This document shows positions 36,143-44,696 of a stretch of 64,000 nucleotides of DNA, one piece after another. Source of the DNA: Puniceicoccales bacterium Verruco_01 (GTDB taxonomy: Bacteria > Verrucomicrobiota > Verrucomicrobiia > Opitutales > Oceanipulchritudinaceae); the NCBI GenBank assembly GCA_001604565.1, contig LVBV01000015.1:10719-74718 (forward strand), in the 5' to 3' direction. Every line of letters starts with the position of its first letter. Within the stretch, counting starts at the first letter, position 1. The position numbers and the translations under genes were made by a program. The notes under the pieces were generated by a model, which was given only the letters and a program-made list of their open reading frames with translations, did no database searches and was not told where the DNA came from.

Positions 36143-36640
36143 TCAGTCCTTTTTCCCGGTGAGGTCCGCGACGATGTGGCGGTCCACTGCATAGAGGGAA
36201 CCCGCGCAGGTGGCGCGCCCGACAAGGACCACCATGCGGTTGGCCCAGACCTCCTCCTCCACCTGTTCGTTCACGAACCAAGCGAGCAAGTTGCAGGCAG
36301 CGTAGTCGCCAGCGGCCTTCGCTGCTTCAAGGGTTTCCACCACGCCGCGGGTGTTCGATTCCTCATGGGCGAGGGCGGCCTTCGCGATGTCGGTGAGGCT
36401 GTCGAATTGCGAGGGCGGAGCGGCCAGCGCGCCGAGAACCGGCCTCGCGCCGCGGTCGAGCATGTGTTTGGCGAGCTTTTCGGCATGAGTGCGCTCCTCG
36501 GCGGCCTGTTTGGCGAAAAATTCGGCAAAGCCGGGGTAGTCGCTCGCGGCACACCAGAAGGAGAGGGATTCATACACCACGGAGGCGTCGCGTTCTTTTG
36601 CAATCTGGGCGTTGAAGGCGTCGATGACTACTTGTTTCAT
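36143..36640 (-). CDS. ferritin
   Basis: 'FNAQIAKERDASVVYESLS', 'AAEERTHAEKLAKHMLDRG' and 'ALAHEESNT' are ferroxidase-centre Glu/His motifs. 165 aa. Confidence 0.9.
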   Translation of the reverse strand: MKQVVIDAFNAQIAKERDASVVYESLSFWCAASDYPGFAEFFAKQAAEERTHAEKLAKHMLDRGARPVLGALAAPPSQFDSLTDIAKAALAHEESNTRGVVETLEAAKAAGDYAACNLLAWFVNEQVEEEVWANRMVVLVGRATCAGSLYAVDRHIVADLTGKKD

Positions 36641-36786
36641 GGTGGGACCTAGTTGAATGCGGAACCGGATGCCGGAAGGAGTTTCCCGGCAACAGATAGG
36701 ATGCCATCATTTCCCGATAATACGAATCCGGGAGGCGATTTTCGCATTTCGGACGCATTCCGGTCCGGAGGATCGCACGGAGTCTG

Positions 36787-38172
36787 TCACTGTGCCTGCG
36801 GAATCTCTTTCGTGGGCTCCGCGTGGGCCACGATGCGCCAGATGCCCGGGTGGGCCTCGCGGATTTTCCTCTCCAGATCGTCGAGAAGCGCGTGAACCTC
36901 CTCCACGGTGAGGTCGGGCCGGGCCCGGCAGTGGAAGATCACGATGAGGCCCGCGCTCGTTCTGCGGGCGCGCAGGCGGTGGATCTGTCCGAAGACTCCG
37001 CCCTCCGCGACGAGACGTTCGACGAGTGCGGAAAGTTCCGCCATTTCGCCCGCGGGCAGGTCGTCGCCCACAAAGCCCATGTCCTGAAGCGGCTCGATGT
37101 GCGTCTCAACCTCGGTCTGCGTGCCGAATTCCGTTCGCATGTCGGCCTCCAGCTTCGAGGCTGTCTCGTGCGCCTCGCGCAGCGTCTCGCCGCCCTCCAC
37201 TTCGAGGTCGAAGCTGATGGAAAGGTGTCCCTGGGAGTGGTGCAGCGTCACGTGGTGGACCGCCGCGCTGTGGTAGCCGGCAATGACCATCACCCGCTCC
37301 AGCACCGTCTCGTCGTCGAGGGCGAGGGGTCTCGCGGCGACGGAGACCTCCGCATCCGGCATCTCTTTGCGGATGGCGGCGATGGCGGCTTCCTTGATGT
37401 CCGACACCTGCATCTGCGTGAGCGTGCGCGGCACCTCCACCTCCACATCCGCGAAGCTGACGCTGCCGACCGGGCGCACGCGCAGGCGGCTCACCCCGGT
37501 CACGCCCTTCACCTTGCGCAGGGCCCTGTCCAGACGCTCCGTGGCACCAAGGGGTGTCGTGTCGATCAGCGTCTCCACCGTGCGTCGCCCCAGCTTCCAG
37601 CCCGCGTGACACACGAAGATCGCCACGCCGATGGCCGCGATGGGGTCCGCAAGCGGGAAGCCGAGCCACACGAAGGCAAGTCCGGCTAGCACCACGCAGG
37701 AGCTGGCCACATCGCTCGAAAAGTGCAGGGCGTCGGCCTCAAGGGCCTGGCTCTTTGTCTTCTTCGCAACACGGCCCAGCGCCTTCGCTCGGGAAATGTC
37801 GATCGCGATGGAGACGAAGATCACGCCCACCGACCACCACGAGGCCTCCACCTCCGTGTGGCCGGTGACCAGACGCTTGCCGGCCTCCCAGACCACCCAG
37901 ACGCTCGTGAGGAAGAGAAGCGCCGTCTCCGCCAGGGCCGCGACGTTCTCGATCTTGCCGTGGCCGTAGGGATGCTCCGGGTCCGCGGGCTTGTCGCTGA
38001 TGCGCACGGCCATGAAGGTGAGCGCCGTCGCGCCGAAGTCCATCAGGCTGTGCAGGCCCTCGCTGATGACGCCGAGGCTGCCGGTGGAAAAGCCCACGAT
38101 CAGTTTGCCCGCCGTCATGGCGGCGCTTGCCAGCATGGAAATCAGTGCGACGGATTGTTTTTCGGTGTGCAT
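36787..38172 (-). CDS. cation diffusion facilitator transporter with three tandem C-terminal cytoplasmic domains
   Basis: TM core 'SEGLHSLMDFGATALTF', 'PYGHGKIEN', 'ALHFSSDVASS'. 461 aa versus about 300 typical. See the finding on the repeated 'V..V..L........V.F.LEV....T..E.H.....L......E....T.V..H.EP' modules. Confidence 0.9.
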   Translation of the reverse strand: MHTEKQSVALISMLASAAMTAGKLIVGFSTGSLGVISEGLHSLMDFGATALTFMAVRISDKPADPEHPYGHGKIENVAALAETALLFLTSVWVVWEAGKRLVTGHTEVEASWWSVGVIFVSIAIDISRAKALGRVAKKTKSQALEADALHFSSDVASSCVVLAGLAFVWLGFPLADPIAAIGVAIFVCHAGWKLGRRTVETLIDTTPLGATERLDRALRKVKGVTGVSRLRVRPVGSVSFADVEVEVPRTLTQMQVSDIKEAAIAAIRKEMPDAEVSVAARPLALDDETVLERVMVIAGYHSAAVHHVTLHHSQGHLSISFDLEVEGGETLREAHETASKLEADMRTEFGTQTEVETHIEPLQDMGFVGDDLPAGEMAELSALVERLVAEGGVFGQIHRLRARRTSAGLIVIFHCRARPDLTVEEVHALLDDLERKIREAHPGIWRIVAHAEPTKEIPQAQ

Positions 38173-38409
38173 TTTCGCGATGGGGAACGGACAGTACTCA
38201 CGATTGCGCCGTTTCCGTCAAACAGGATTGTGCGATTCCTGCACCCCGGCGGAATCTTTTGCGATTGTGATTCATCTTACTGGAAGAACCCCGTTCCATG
38301 ACTGAAACGTCCGCGCGGATTTGCCCGATTGCGGGAACCTCGCACATTTCATGCAGGAGACTGTGACGCAGTCTTTTCTCTCATCCATAAACGTGATTTC
38401 ATTACAGAC

Positions 38410-39771
38410 ATGGCAACCGACGTAAAAATCCCCTCCGTTGGCGAATCCATCACGGGCGGAATTCTGGCCAAGTGGCTTGTGGCCGACGGCGCCGCCGTTC
38501 GCGCGGACCAACCGCTTTTTTCCTTTGAAACCGACAAGGTGACGGCAGACGTAAACTCCCCCGCCGCCGGAGTCCTTCATTTGATCGCGAAGGAGGGCGA
38601 CGAGGTGACGATCGGTCAGGTGGTGGCGTCGGTCGCCGACGCCGCGCCGATCGAGGAGCTCGCGCCGGTGGTCCCGCCTGAAAAGGCGCCGGAGAAGGCA
38701 CCCGCGCCGCAGGCCGGTCCCGCCGCCCGGCAGCTTGCCGGGGAACTGAAGGTGGACCTTGCGTCCATCGAGGGCTCCGGCAAGGAGGGCCGCGCCACGA
38801 AGGCGGATGTGGCCGCCGCCGTGAAGGTGAGGGAGCAGCCGGTCGGCGCGATTCCGACGCCCGTCAATCCCCAGATCACGGACTCCGTTACGGTTCCCCC
38901 GCCACAACCGGAGCCAGCTGCGAAGGAAGTTTCCACAACCGTCAATCCGCAGGTGACGGACGCCGTGACGGCTCCCGTAGCGCCAAAGCCCGCCGCGCCC
39001 ACTGCCCCGAAGGCTGTTCCCGCTCCCGTTCCCTCGCCAGTCCCGGTTCCCGCTCCCGCACTTGTTGCGGAAGGCCGTACGACCCGCCGGAAGATGAGCC
39101 CGCTGCGCAAACGGATCGCCGAGAGGCTCGTCCGCGCCAAAGCAGAGGCCGCGATGCTCACCACCTTCAACGAGGTGGACATGAGCGCCGTCATGAACCT
39201 GCGGAAAGTCCATCAGGACGCCTTCCTCAAGAAGCACGGCGTCAAGCTCGGATTCATGTCCTTCTTTGTGAAGGCCGTCGTCCATGCGCTGAAAGAAGTG
39301 CCGCAGGTGAACGCGCAGATCGACGGGGACGACATCGTGGAGAACCACTTTTACGACATCGGCATCGCCGTCGGCGCCCCGCGCGGTCTCGTGGTGCCGG
39401 TCGTGCGCGACGCGGACTCTCTCTCCTTCGCCGGGATCGAAAAGAAAATCGGCGAATACGGCCAGAAGGCCAAGGACGGCAAGCTGACGATCGAAGAACT
39501 TCAGGGCGGCGTCTTCACGATCACCAACGGCGGCATCTACGGCTCGCTCATGTCCACGCCGATCCTCAACACCCCGCAAAGCGCCATCCTCGGCATGCAC
39601 GCCATCAAGGAACGCGCCGTGGTGGTGGACGGGCAGGTCGTCGCAAGGCCCATGATGTACCTCGCCCTCTCCTACGACCACCGCGTCATCGACGGCAAGG
39701 AGGCGGTCACCTTCCTCGTGAAGGTCAAGGAAGCCATCGAAGACCCGATCCGGCTCCTCTTCGAGGCGTAG
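38410..39771 (+). CDS. sucB: dihydrolipoyllysine-residue succinyltransferase-like E2 (one lipoyl domain, PSBD, catalytic domain)
   Basis: '[18 protein letters not shown]...ETDKV' (lipoyl-Lys), PSBD '[31 protein letters not shown]', and '[17 protein letters not shown]' (catalytic His). Start at Met 38410. Confidence 0.8.
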   Translation: MATDVKIPSVGESITGGILAKWLVADGAAVRADQPLFSFETDKVTADVNSPAAGVLHLIAKEGDEVTIGQVVASVADAAPIEELAPVVPPEKAPEKAPAPQAGPAARQLAGELKVDLASIEGSGKEGRATKADVAAAVKVREQPVGAIPTPVNPQITDSVTVPPPQPEPAAKEVSTTVNPQVTDAVTAPVAPKPAAPTAPKAVPAPVPSPVPVPAPALVAEGRTTRRKMSPLRKRIAERLVRAKAEAAMLTTFNEVDMSAVMNLRKVHQDAFLKKHGVKLGFMSFFVKAVVHALKEVPQVNAQIDGDDIVENHFYDIGIAVGAPRGLVVPVVRDADSLSFAGIEKKIGEYGQKAKDGKLTIEELQGGVFTITNGGIYGSLMSTPILNTPQSAILGMHAIKERAVVVDGQVVARPMMYLALSYDHRVIDGKEAVTFLVKVKEAIEDPIRLLFEA

Positions 39772-39786
39772 GCCTTTCTTTTTCCC

Positions 39787-41166
39787 ATGACCCAGTACGA
39801 CATTTTAGTTCTCGGCGGCGGGCCGGGCGGATACACCTGCGCTCTTCGCGCGGCCAGGCTCGGGCTCTCCGTGGCGCTGGTTGACGAGCGCGGGGCGCTT
39901 GGCGGGACGTGCCTCAACATCGGGTGCATTCCCTCGAAGGCGCTGCTCCATTCCTCGGAGCTTTTTGCGGAAATCCGCGGCGGCGCGGCGGCGGCCAGCG
40001 GCATCGGCATCCCGGGCTCCCCCACGATGGACCTCGCGGCGATGCATGCGCGCAAAGACGCCGTGGTGGCGAAGCTTTCCGGCGGCATCGCGCTTCTCTG
40101 CAAGCAGGGGAAGGTGTCCGTGCTTCAAGGGCGTGGAAAGCTCGTCGGCGGCGGCAAGATCGCCGTCGAGGGGAGGGATGCGGGCGAAATCGCGGCGAAA
40201 AATATCGTGATCGCGACGGGCTCGCTGCCCGTGGAGCTGCCCTCTTTGCGCTTCGACGGCAAGACCGTCGTCACGAGCACGGAGGCGCTGGCCTTCCCCG
40301 AGGTGCCGAAGAAGCTCGCGATCGTCGGCGCGGGGGCCATCGGGCTGGAGCTTGGCAGCGTCTGGGCGCGGCTTGGCAGCGCGGTCACTGTCGTCGAATT
40401 CCTCCCGCAGATCGCCCCGACCTTCGACGCGGACGTGGCGAAGTATGCGCAGCGGTTCCTCGCCAAGCAGGGCCTCGCCTTCCACCTGGAAACGAAGGTG
40501 ACGGGCGCGGAGGTCAAGGATGGCGGCGCGGTCCTCGCGGCGGAAAAGGCCGGGCAGGCGCTCCTCATGGAGGCGGACAAGATCCTCGTCGCTGTGGGCC
40601 GCAAGCCGAACACCGCGAACCTCGGCCTGACGGAAGCGGGTGTGGAACTCGACGCCAAGGGCCGGGTGGCCGTCGATGCGGAGTTAAGGACCAAGGTGCC
40701 GGGAATCTGGGCGATCGGCGACGCTGTGGCCGGGCCGATGCTTGCGCACAAGGCGGAGGCGGAGGGTCGCGCCGTGGCGGAGCGCGTTGCGGGGCATTAC
40801 GCTTTGCCGGTCAATTTCGACAACGTGCCGGGCGTGGTGTACACGAGCCCGGAAATGGCCAGTGTCGGCCTCACCGAGAGGACCGCGAAGGAGCGGGGCT
40901 TCGACGTGAAGGTGGGCAAGGCGTACTACGCGGCGAATGGACGGGCGCTGGCGAGCGATGCGGCGGACGGCTTTGCGAAGGTGGTTTCCGACGCGAAGAC
41001 CGGGAAACTGCTCGGCGTGCAGATCGTCGGCGCGTCCGCCTCGGAAACGATCGCGGAGGCCGCCGCCCATCTAGAATACGGCGGCAGCGCAGAGGACATC
41101 GCCCTGACGGTCCACGCGCACCCGACGCTTTCGGAAGTCCTCAAGGCCGCGGCGGAAAACGTTTGA
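39787..41166 (+). CDS. lpdA: dihydrolipoyl dehydrogenase (E3)
   Basis: 'VLGGGPGGYTCALRAA', redox-active 'GGTCLNIGCIPSK', and 'HAHPTLSE' near the C-terminus. Confidence 0.95.
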   Translation: MTQYDILVLGGGPGGYTCALRAARLGLSVALVDERGALGGTCLNIGCIPSKALLHSSELFAEIRGGAAAASGIGIPGSPTMDLAAMHARKDAVVAKLSGGIALLCKQGKVSVLQGRGKLVGGGKIAVEGRDAGEIAAKNIVIATGSLPVELPSLRFDGKTVVTSTEALAFPEVPKKLAIVGAGAIGLELGSVWARLGSAVTVVEFLPQIAPTFDADVAKYAQRFLAKQGLAFHLETKVTGAEVKDGGAVLAAEKAGQALLMEADKILVAVGRKPNTANLGLTEAGVELDAKGRVAVDAELRTKVPGIWAIGDAVAGPMLAHKAEAEGRAVAERVAGHYALPVNFDNVPGVVYTSPEMASVGLTERTAKERGFDVKVGKAYYAANGRALASDAADGFAKVVSDAKTGKLLGVQIVGASASETIAEAAAHLEYGGSAEDIALTVHAHPTLSEVLKAAAENV

Positions 41167-41197
41167 TGAGAGTGCCCGCGGGCGCGATTCTCGCATC

Positions 41198-41608
41198 ATG
41201 CCCGCGAAAACCGTTCCCGCACCGACCCGAAGCGAGCTGGAGGCCGCGCTCGGCGCGTCGCTTGCCGCATGGGATGCGATTCTTCCTGCACTCGCACAAG
41301 CCTTCGGCGACTGCGAGGAAGCATGGATTCCCGCCGCGAAGATTCCCTTCGGCAAGGCGGCGGCGATCTGCCACAAAAAGCGCGTTCTTCTCTACCTCAT
41401 TCCGGATTCGTCCACCTTTCACATCAGCCTAGTCCTTGGCGAAAAGGCCGTGGAGGCGGCGCTCGCCTCGGATCTTGCCGAACTCTTCATGAAGGCCGTG
41501 CGCGCGGCCCCGAAGTATCCGGAGGGCAGGGGAGTGCGCCTCGACGCGTCCGAAGTTGCCGACATTTCCGGAATCGTGCGCCTCGTGGGCTTCAAGATCG
41601 GGAAATGA
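41198..41608 (+). CDS. DUF3788-like hypothetical protein
   Basis: 136 aa. The pattern 'W....K.PFGKAA.IC.KKRVLLYL.P....F.IS' resembles DUF3788 as I remember it. Family call is tentative. Confidence 0.5.
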   Translation: MPAKTVPAPTRSELEAALGASLAAWDAILPALAQAFGDCEEAWIPAAKIPFGKAAAICHKKRVLLYLIPDSSTFHISLVLGEKAVEAALASDLAELFMKAVRAAPKYPEGRGVRLDASEVADISGIVRLVGFKIGK

Positions 41609-41615
41609 ACGGCCC

Positions 41616-42662
41616 TCAGAACTCGAAGCTGAAAGCCGTGCGCAGAACCTGTTCCGTGGAGGTGGAGGTGGTGGAAACCGCGCCGTCGTAGTCGAAGACA
41701 TATTCCACGTTCAGCGACAGGTTGCCGACGAGGCGGTTCTGCAGGAGGACCGAGACATGGTAACTCGGGTCGCCCTTGTCGTTGGCCGGGAAGACCGCGT
41801 AGGCGTTGCTCTTCACCTTCACGAATTCCGTCCAGATGTATTCAAAATCCTGATAGAGCGTCGGCGCGACGGCGAGCCCCGTGTCGCTTTCGGCCAGTTC
41901 CTGATAGTGGAGCGAGAGCGACGGAATCAGGGAGAATTTGAGCCTCTTCGTGTCCAGAAACTTCCATCCGTAGCCGACGCTTTGCAGCCAGTCGTTGCGG
42001 ATGCCGCTCACGTGTGCGTAACTGTACTGGGAGTCCGACTGAAGAAAATTCCGCTGGCCGATGAGGTGGCGGTACTGGGCGGTCGCCTTCAGCTTGTCGC
42101 GTGTGACGGTCTTGCTGTTATCGGCGTCGCGCGTGGTGGCGTAGTCCTGCTGGTAGTCCAGCTTCAGCTCGTCCTTCGACCACTTGCGTTCCGTATGCGC
42201 CGCTGCCGAGGTGTTGAAAGTGCTCGTCTCGGCACGGGCCATCGAGAATCCGAAACGCACACTGGACTTCCACTTGCCCAGAATGCCGTTTCTTTCAAAG
42301 GCGCGGCGGACGTAGCTCACAAGGTAGCGCCCGCTGGAAGTCATGGCGAGGAGTCCCCTAGGTCCGCGGGTCGCTGTCGGGGCCGGTGAAGTCGCCGGCG
42401 GCGTCTGAGCGGCTGGTGCAGGTGTTTCGGGCAGGGCGACGGTCGGCGGAACCTCGTTGGGGGTTTCCAGAATATGGGCGATGTTGGCCGTCGGGATGTT
42501 CAGACGGCCCGCCATCTCCGTCATCACCGTGACGACGTCGTCGTTCTTGTCGAGGATGTTGCCTGTGATCCGGTCCCCGTTCTTCAGCTCCAGCACTGCC
42601 GCCGCAGCGGGGCAGGCAAGGGCCAGGGAAAGAACGATGAGAATTGCGCGCGGGGTGTCCAT
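41616..42662 (-). CDS. DUF481 (YdiY-like) outer-membrane beta-barrel protein
   Basis: Real start 'MDTPRAILIVLSLALACPAAAA'. 'VLELKNGDRITGNI' opening typical of DUF481, Pro/Thr linker, alternating strands, C-terminal 'FSFEF'. The upstream 109 codons of ORF 41616..42989 are Arg-rich junk. Confidence 0.7.
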   Translation of the reverse strand: MDTPRAILIVLSLALACPAAAAVLELKNGDRITGNILDKNDDVVTVMTEMAGRLNIPTANIAHILETPNEVPPTVALPETPAPAAQTPPATSPAPTATRGPRGLLAMTSSGRYLVSYVRRAFERNGILGKWKSSVRFGFSMARAETSTFNTSAAAHTERKWSKDELKLDYQQDYATTRDADNSKTVTRDKLKATAQYRHLIGQRNFLQSDSQYSYAHVSGIRNDWLQSVGYGWKFLDTKRLKFSLIPSLSLHYQELAESDTGLAVAPTLYQDFEYIWTEFVKVKSNAYAVFPANDKGDPSYHVSVLLQNRLVGNLSLNVEYVFDYDGAVSTTSTSTEQVLRTAFSFEF

Positions 42663-42975
42663 CCGCAATTGAGACAAGAGCGCGCGGGAAATGTTTTCAA
42701 GATTTCCTTTCTCTATTAACACATTTTTTCCATTCCGCCTGCGTTGTCGTGCGCGAACCCGCCTCGCGTGCGCATTCCGGGCCTTATTCATCCTAGGCGC
42801 GTGGCTGGTTTCAGGAGCTCTTTCGCTCTCTGTTCTCCTCCTGCGGGAGCTTCTCCGCGAATCCCTTCCGTTCGGATCGGAATTTCCGCCGTCCGTCTCG
42901 CGAAATATCCGTTTCTCCTGCGGAACTTGCGAGAGAAAATAATGTCGGTTAACCTTACAATCCGGAGGACTTGAC

Positions 42976-43452
42976 ATGAAGAAAAGCATACTGGCTCTAT
43001 CGCTTCTACTCGCACCTCTTGCAGCGAATGCGGGAGTGACCGTGCAATGGGTGTCGCCCGAGCAATTCCGCGACGCATACTATACGAATGCGAAGACCGA
43101 GAAATCCCGGCAGATCATCCTCGACGATCTTCAGAAGTTCATCGTCGAGCAGGCTTCGCGCTCCCTCAAGGAGGGCGAAAACCTTGAAATCCGAGTGACG
43201 GAAGTGGACATGGCCGGGGAATTCGAGCCTTGGACGGATCATCCGAACGTGCGCAACATCCGTTCGCCGTACTTTGCCTACATCGCCTTCGGTTACAAGC
43301 TGACTGGCGCCGACGGCAAGGTGATCAAGCAGGACGACAACGTTCGCCTGACAAACCAGCTCCTGACTCCGCCGACGATTCCGGACCGCGACGAAATGGA
43401 ACCGTATCTGCGCCAGAGCCTGCGCGACTGGTTCCGCGCCAACCTCAAATAG
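42976..43452 (+). CDS. DUF3016-like periplasmic protein
   Basis: Signal peptide 'MKKSILALSLLLAPLAANA'. 'VQWVSPEQFRD' and 'LEIRVTEVDMAGE' match my recollection of DUF3016. 158 aa. Confidence 0.6.
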   Translation: MKKSILALSLLLAPLAANAGVTVQWVSPEQFRDAYYTNAKTEKSRQIILDDLQKFIVEQASRSLKEGENLEIRVTEVDMAGEFEPWTDHPNVRNIRSPYFAYIAFGYKLTGADGKVIKQDDNVRLTNQLLTPPTIPDRDEMEPYLRQSLRDWFRANLK

Positions 43453-43473
43453 CGGTTTGCGACGTTTCTTTCC

Positions 43474-43502
43474 GAACCCCGCTCAAGCGGGGTTCTTTTT
43501 TT
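43474..43502 (+). terminator. rho-independent terminator
   Basis: 'gaaccccgc tcaa gcggggttc' followed by a T7 run. Confidence 0.85.
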
Positions 43503-43574
43503 GTACGAGCTGGATGCGGCGAGGGTGTTTTCGGGGCTTGCGTTTCCCGCGACAAACCGCAGAGAGTGTTGCTC

Positions 43575-44321
43575 ATGCTCCTTACATTTGAAAACAGGGT
43601 CGCGCTCGTGACGGGCGCGGGCAGGGGAATCGGCAGGGCCATTGCGCTTTCTCTCGCGAAGGAGGGCGTGGAGGTGATCTGCGTCTCGCGCAGCGACAAG
43701 AGTTGCGGCGCCGTGGCACAGGAGATCCTCGCCGCGGGCGGGAAGGCGGAACATCTTGCGATCGACGTGGCCGACGCGAAGGCCGTGGCGGAGGCAGGCG
43801 CGGCGCTTCTGGCAAAGCACGCCCACATCGACATTCTCGTCAACAACGCGGGCATTACAAAGGACGGAATGCTCCTGCGCATGAGCGACGAGGCGTGGGA
43901 CGAGGTCCTCAAGACCAACCTTACCGGAGCCTTCAACTGGGTGAAGGCCCTCGGCTACGGCATGGCCCGCAAACGCTGGGGCCGCATCGTGAACATCACG
44001 AGCGTCGTGGGCCTCATGGGCAACGCAGGGCAGGCCAATTATGCGGCCTCCAAGGCGGGCCTGATCGGCTTTTCCAAGTCCGTCGCAAGGGAGTTCGCCT
44101 CGCGGAGCATCACCTGCAACGCGGTGGCCCCCGGATTTATTTCAACGGACATGACAAGTGTTTTGAACGAAGAGCAGACGAAAGCAGTCTTAGAGAAAGT
44201 TCCGCTGAAAAGATTGGGATCTCCGGACGACATCGCCAATGTCGTCACCTACCTTTGCAGCGAACAGGCTTCCTACATCACAGGGCAGGTTTTTACCGTT
44301 GACGGCGGAATGGTCATGTGA
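43575..44321 (+). CDS. fabG: 3-oxoacyl-[ACP] reductase
   Basis: '[15 protein letters not shown]', 'NNAGIT', 'YAASKAG' and '[12 protein letters not shown]' are SDR/FabG signatures. Start at Met 43575 within ORF 43230. Confidence 0.95.
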   Translation: MLLTFENRVALVTGAGRGIGRAIALSLAKEGVEVICVSRSDKSCGAVAQEILAAGGKAEHLAIDVADAKAVAEAGAALLAKHAHIDILVNNAGITKDGMLLRMSDEAWDEVLKTNLTGAFNWVKALGYGMARKRWGRIVNITSVVGLMGNAGQANYAASKAGLIGFSKSVAREFASRSITCNAVAPGFISTDMTSVLNEEQTKAVLEKVPLKRLGSPDDIANVVTYLCSEQASYITGQVFTVDGGMVM

Positions 44322-44362
44322 TGCTTCTAGCCCGAATCAGCCCACACTTCTTTGTTAAAAAC

Positions 44363-44620
44363 ATGTCGGACAACACCAGCATCGAAGAACGCGTAAAGAA
44401 GGTCATCATCGACCAGCTTAACGTCACCCCCGAAAAGATATCCCCCGAAGTCCGCTTTGTGGACGATCTCGGCGCCGATTCGCTCGACCAGGTCGAGCTG
44501 ATCATGGCTCTCGAAGAGGAGTTCAAGTCGGAACTCAAGGGAGACATCCCGGAATCCGACGCCGAAGGTCTCCAGACCGTTGGCGCCGTCGTTGATTACG
44601 TCAAATCCAAGATGAAATAA
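44363..44620 (+). CDS. acpP: acyl carrier protein
   Basis: '[23 protein letters not shown]' with the phosphopantetheine Ser in DSL. 85 aa from Met 44363. Confidence 0.95.
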   Translation: MSDNTSIEERVKKVIIDQLNVTPEKISPEVRFVDDLGADSLDQVELIMALEEEFKSELKGDIPESDAEGLQTVGAVVDYVKSKMK

Positions 44621-44621
44621 G

Positions 44622-44692
44622 GGCGTCGACAGCGCCGTTTTTCTTGGAAAAATTCACCCTTTCACAACACCGCCTTCGGGCGGTTTTGTTTT
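44622..44692 (+). terminator. two weak hairpin/T-run structures between acpP and fabF (possible partial terminators)
   Basis: 'ggcgtcgacagcgcc gttttt' directly after the stop, and 'accgcc ttcg ggcggt tttgtttt' at 44669-44692. Confidence 0.4.
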
Positions 44693-44696
44693 GTCA

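Noticed and set aside
38272-39681. 469-aa minus-strand ORF
   Set aside because: Antisense to the sucB-like gene. Gly/Arg/His/Asp-rich with no motifs.
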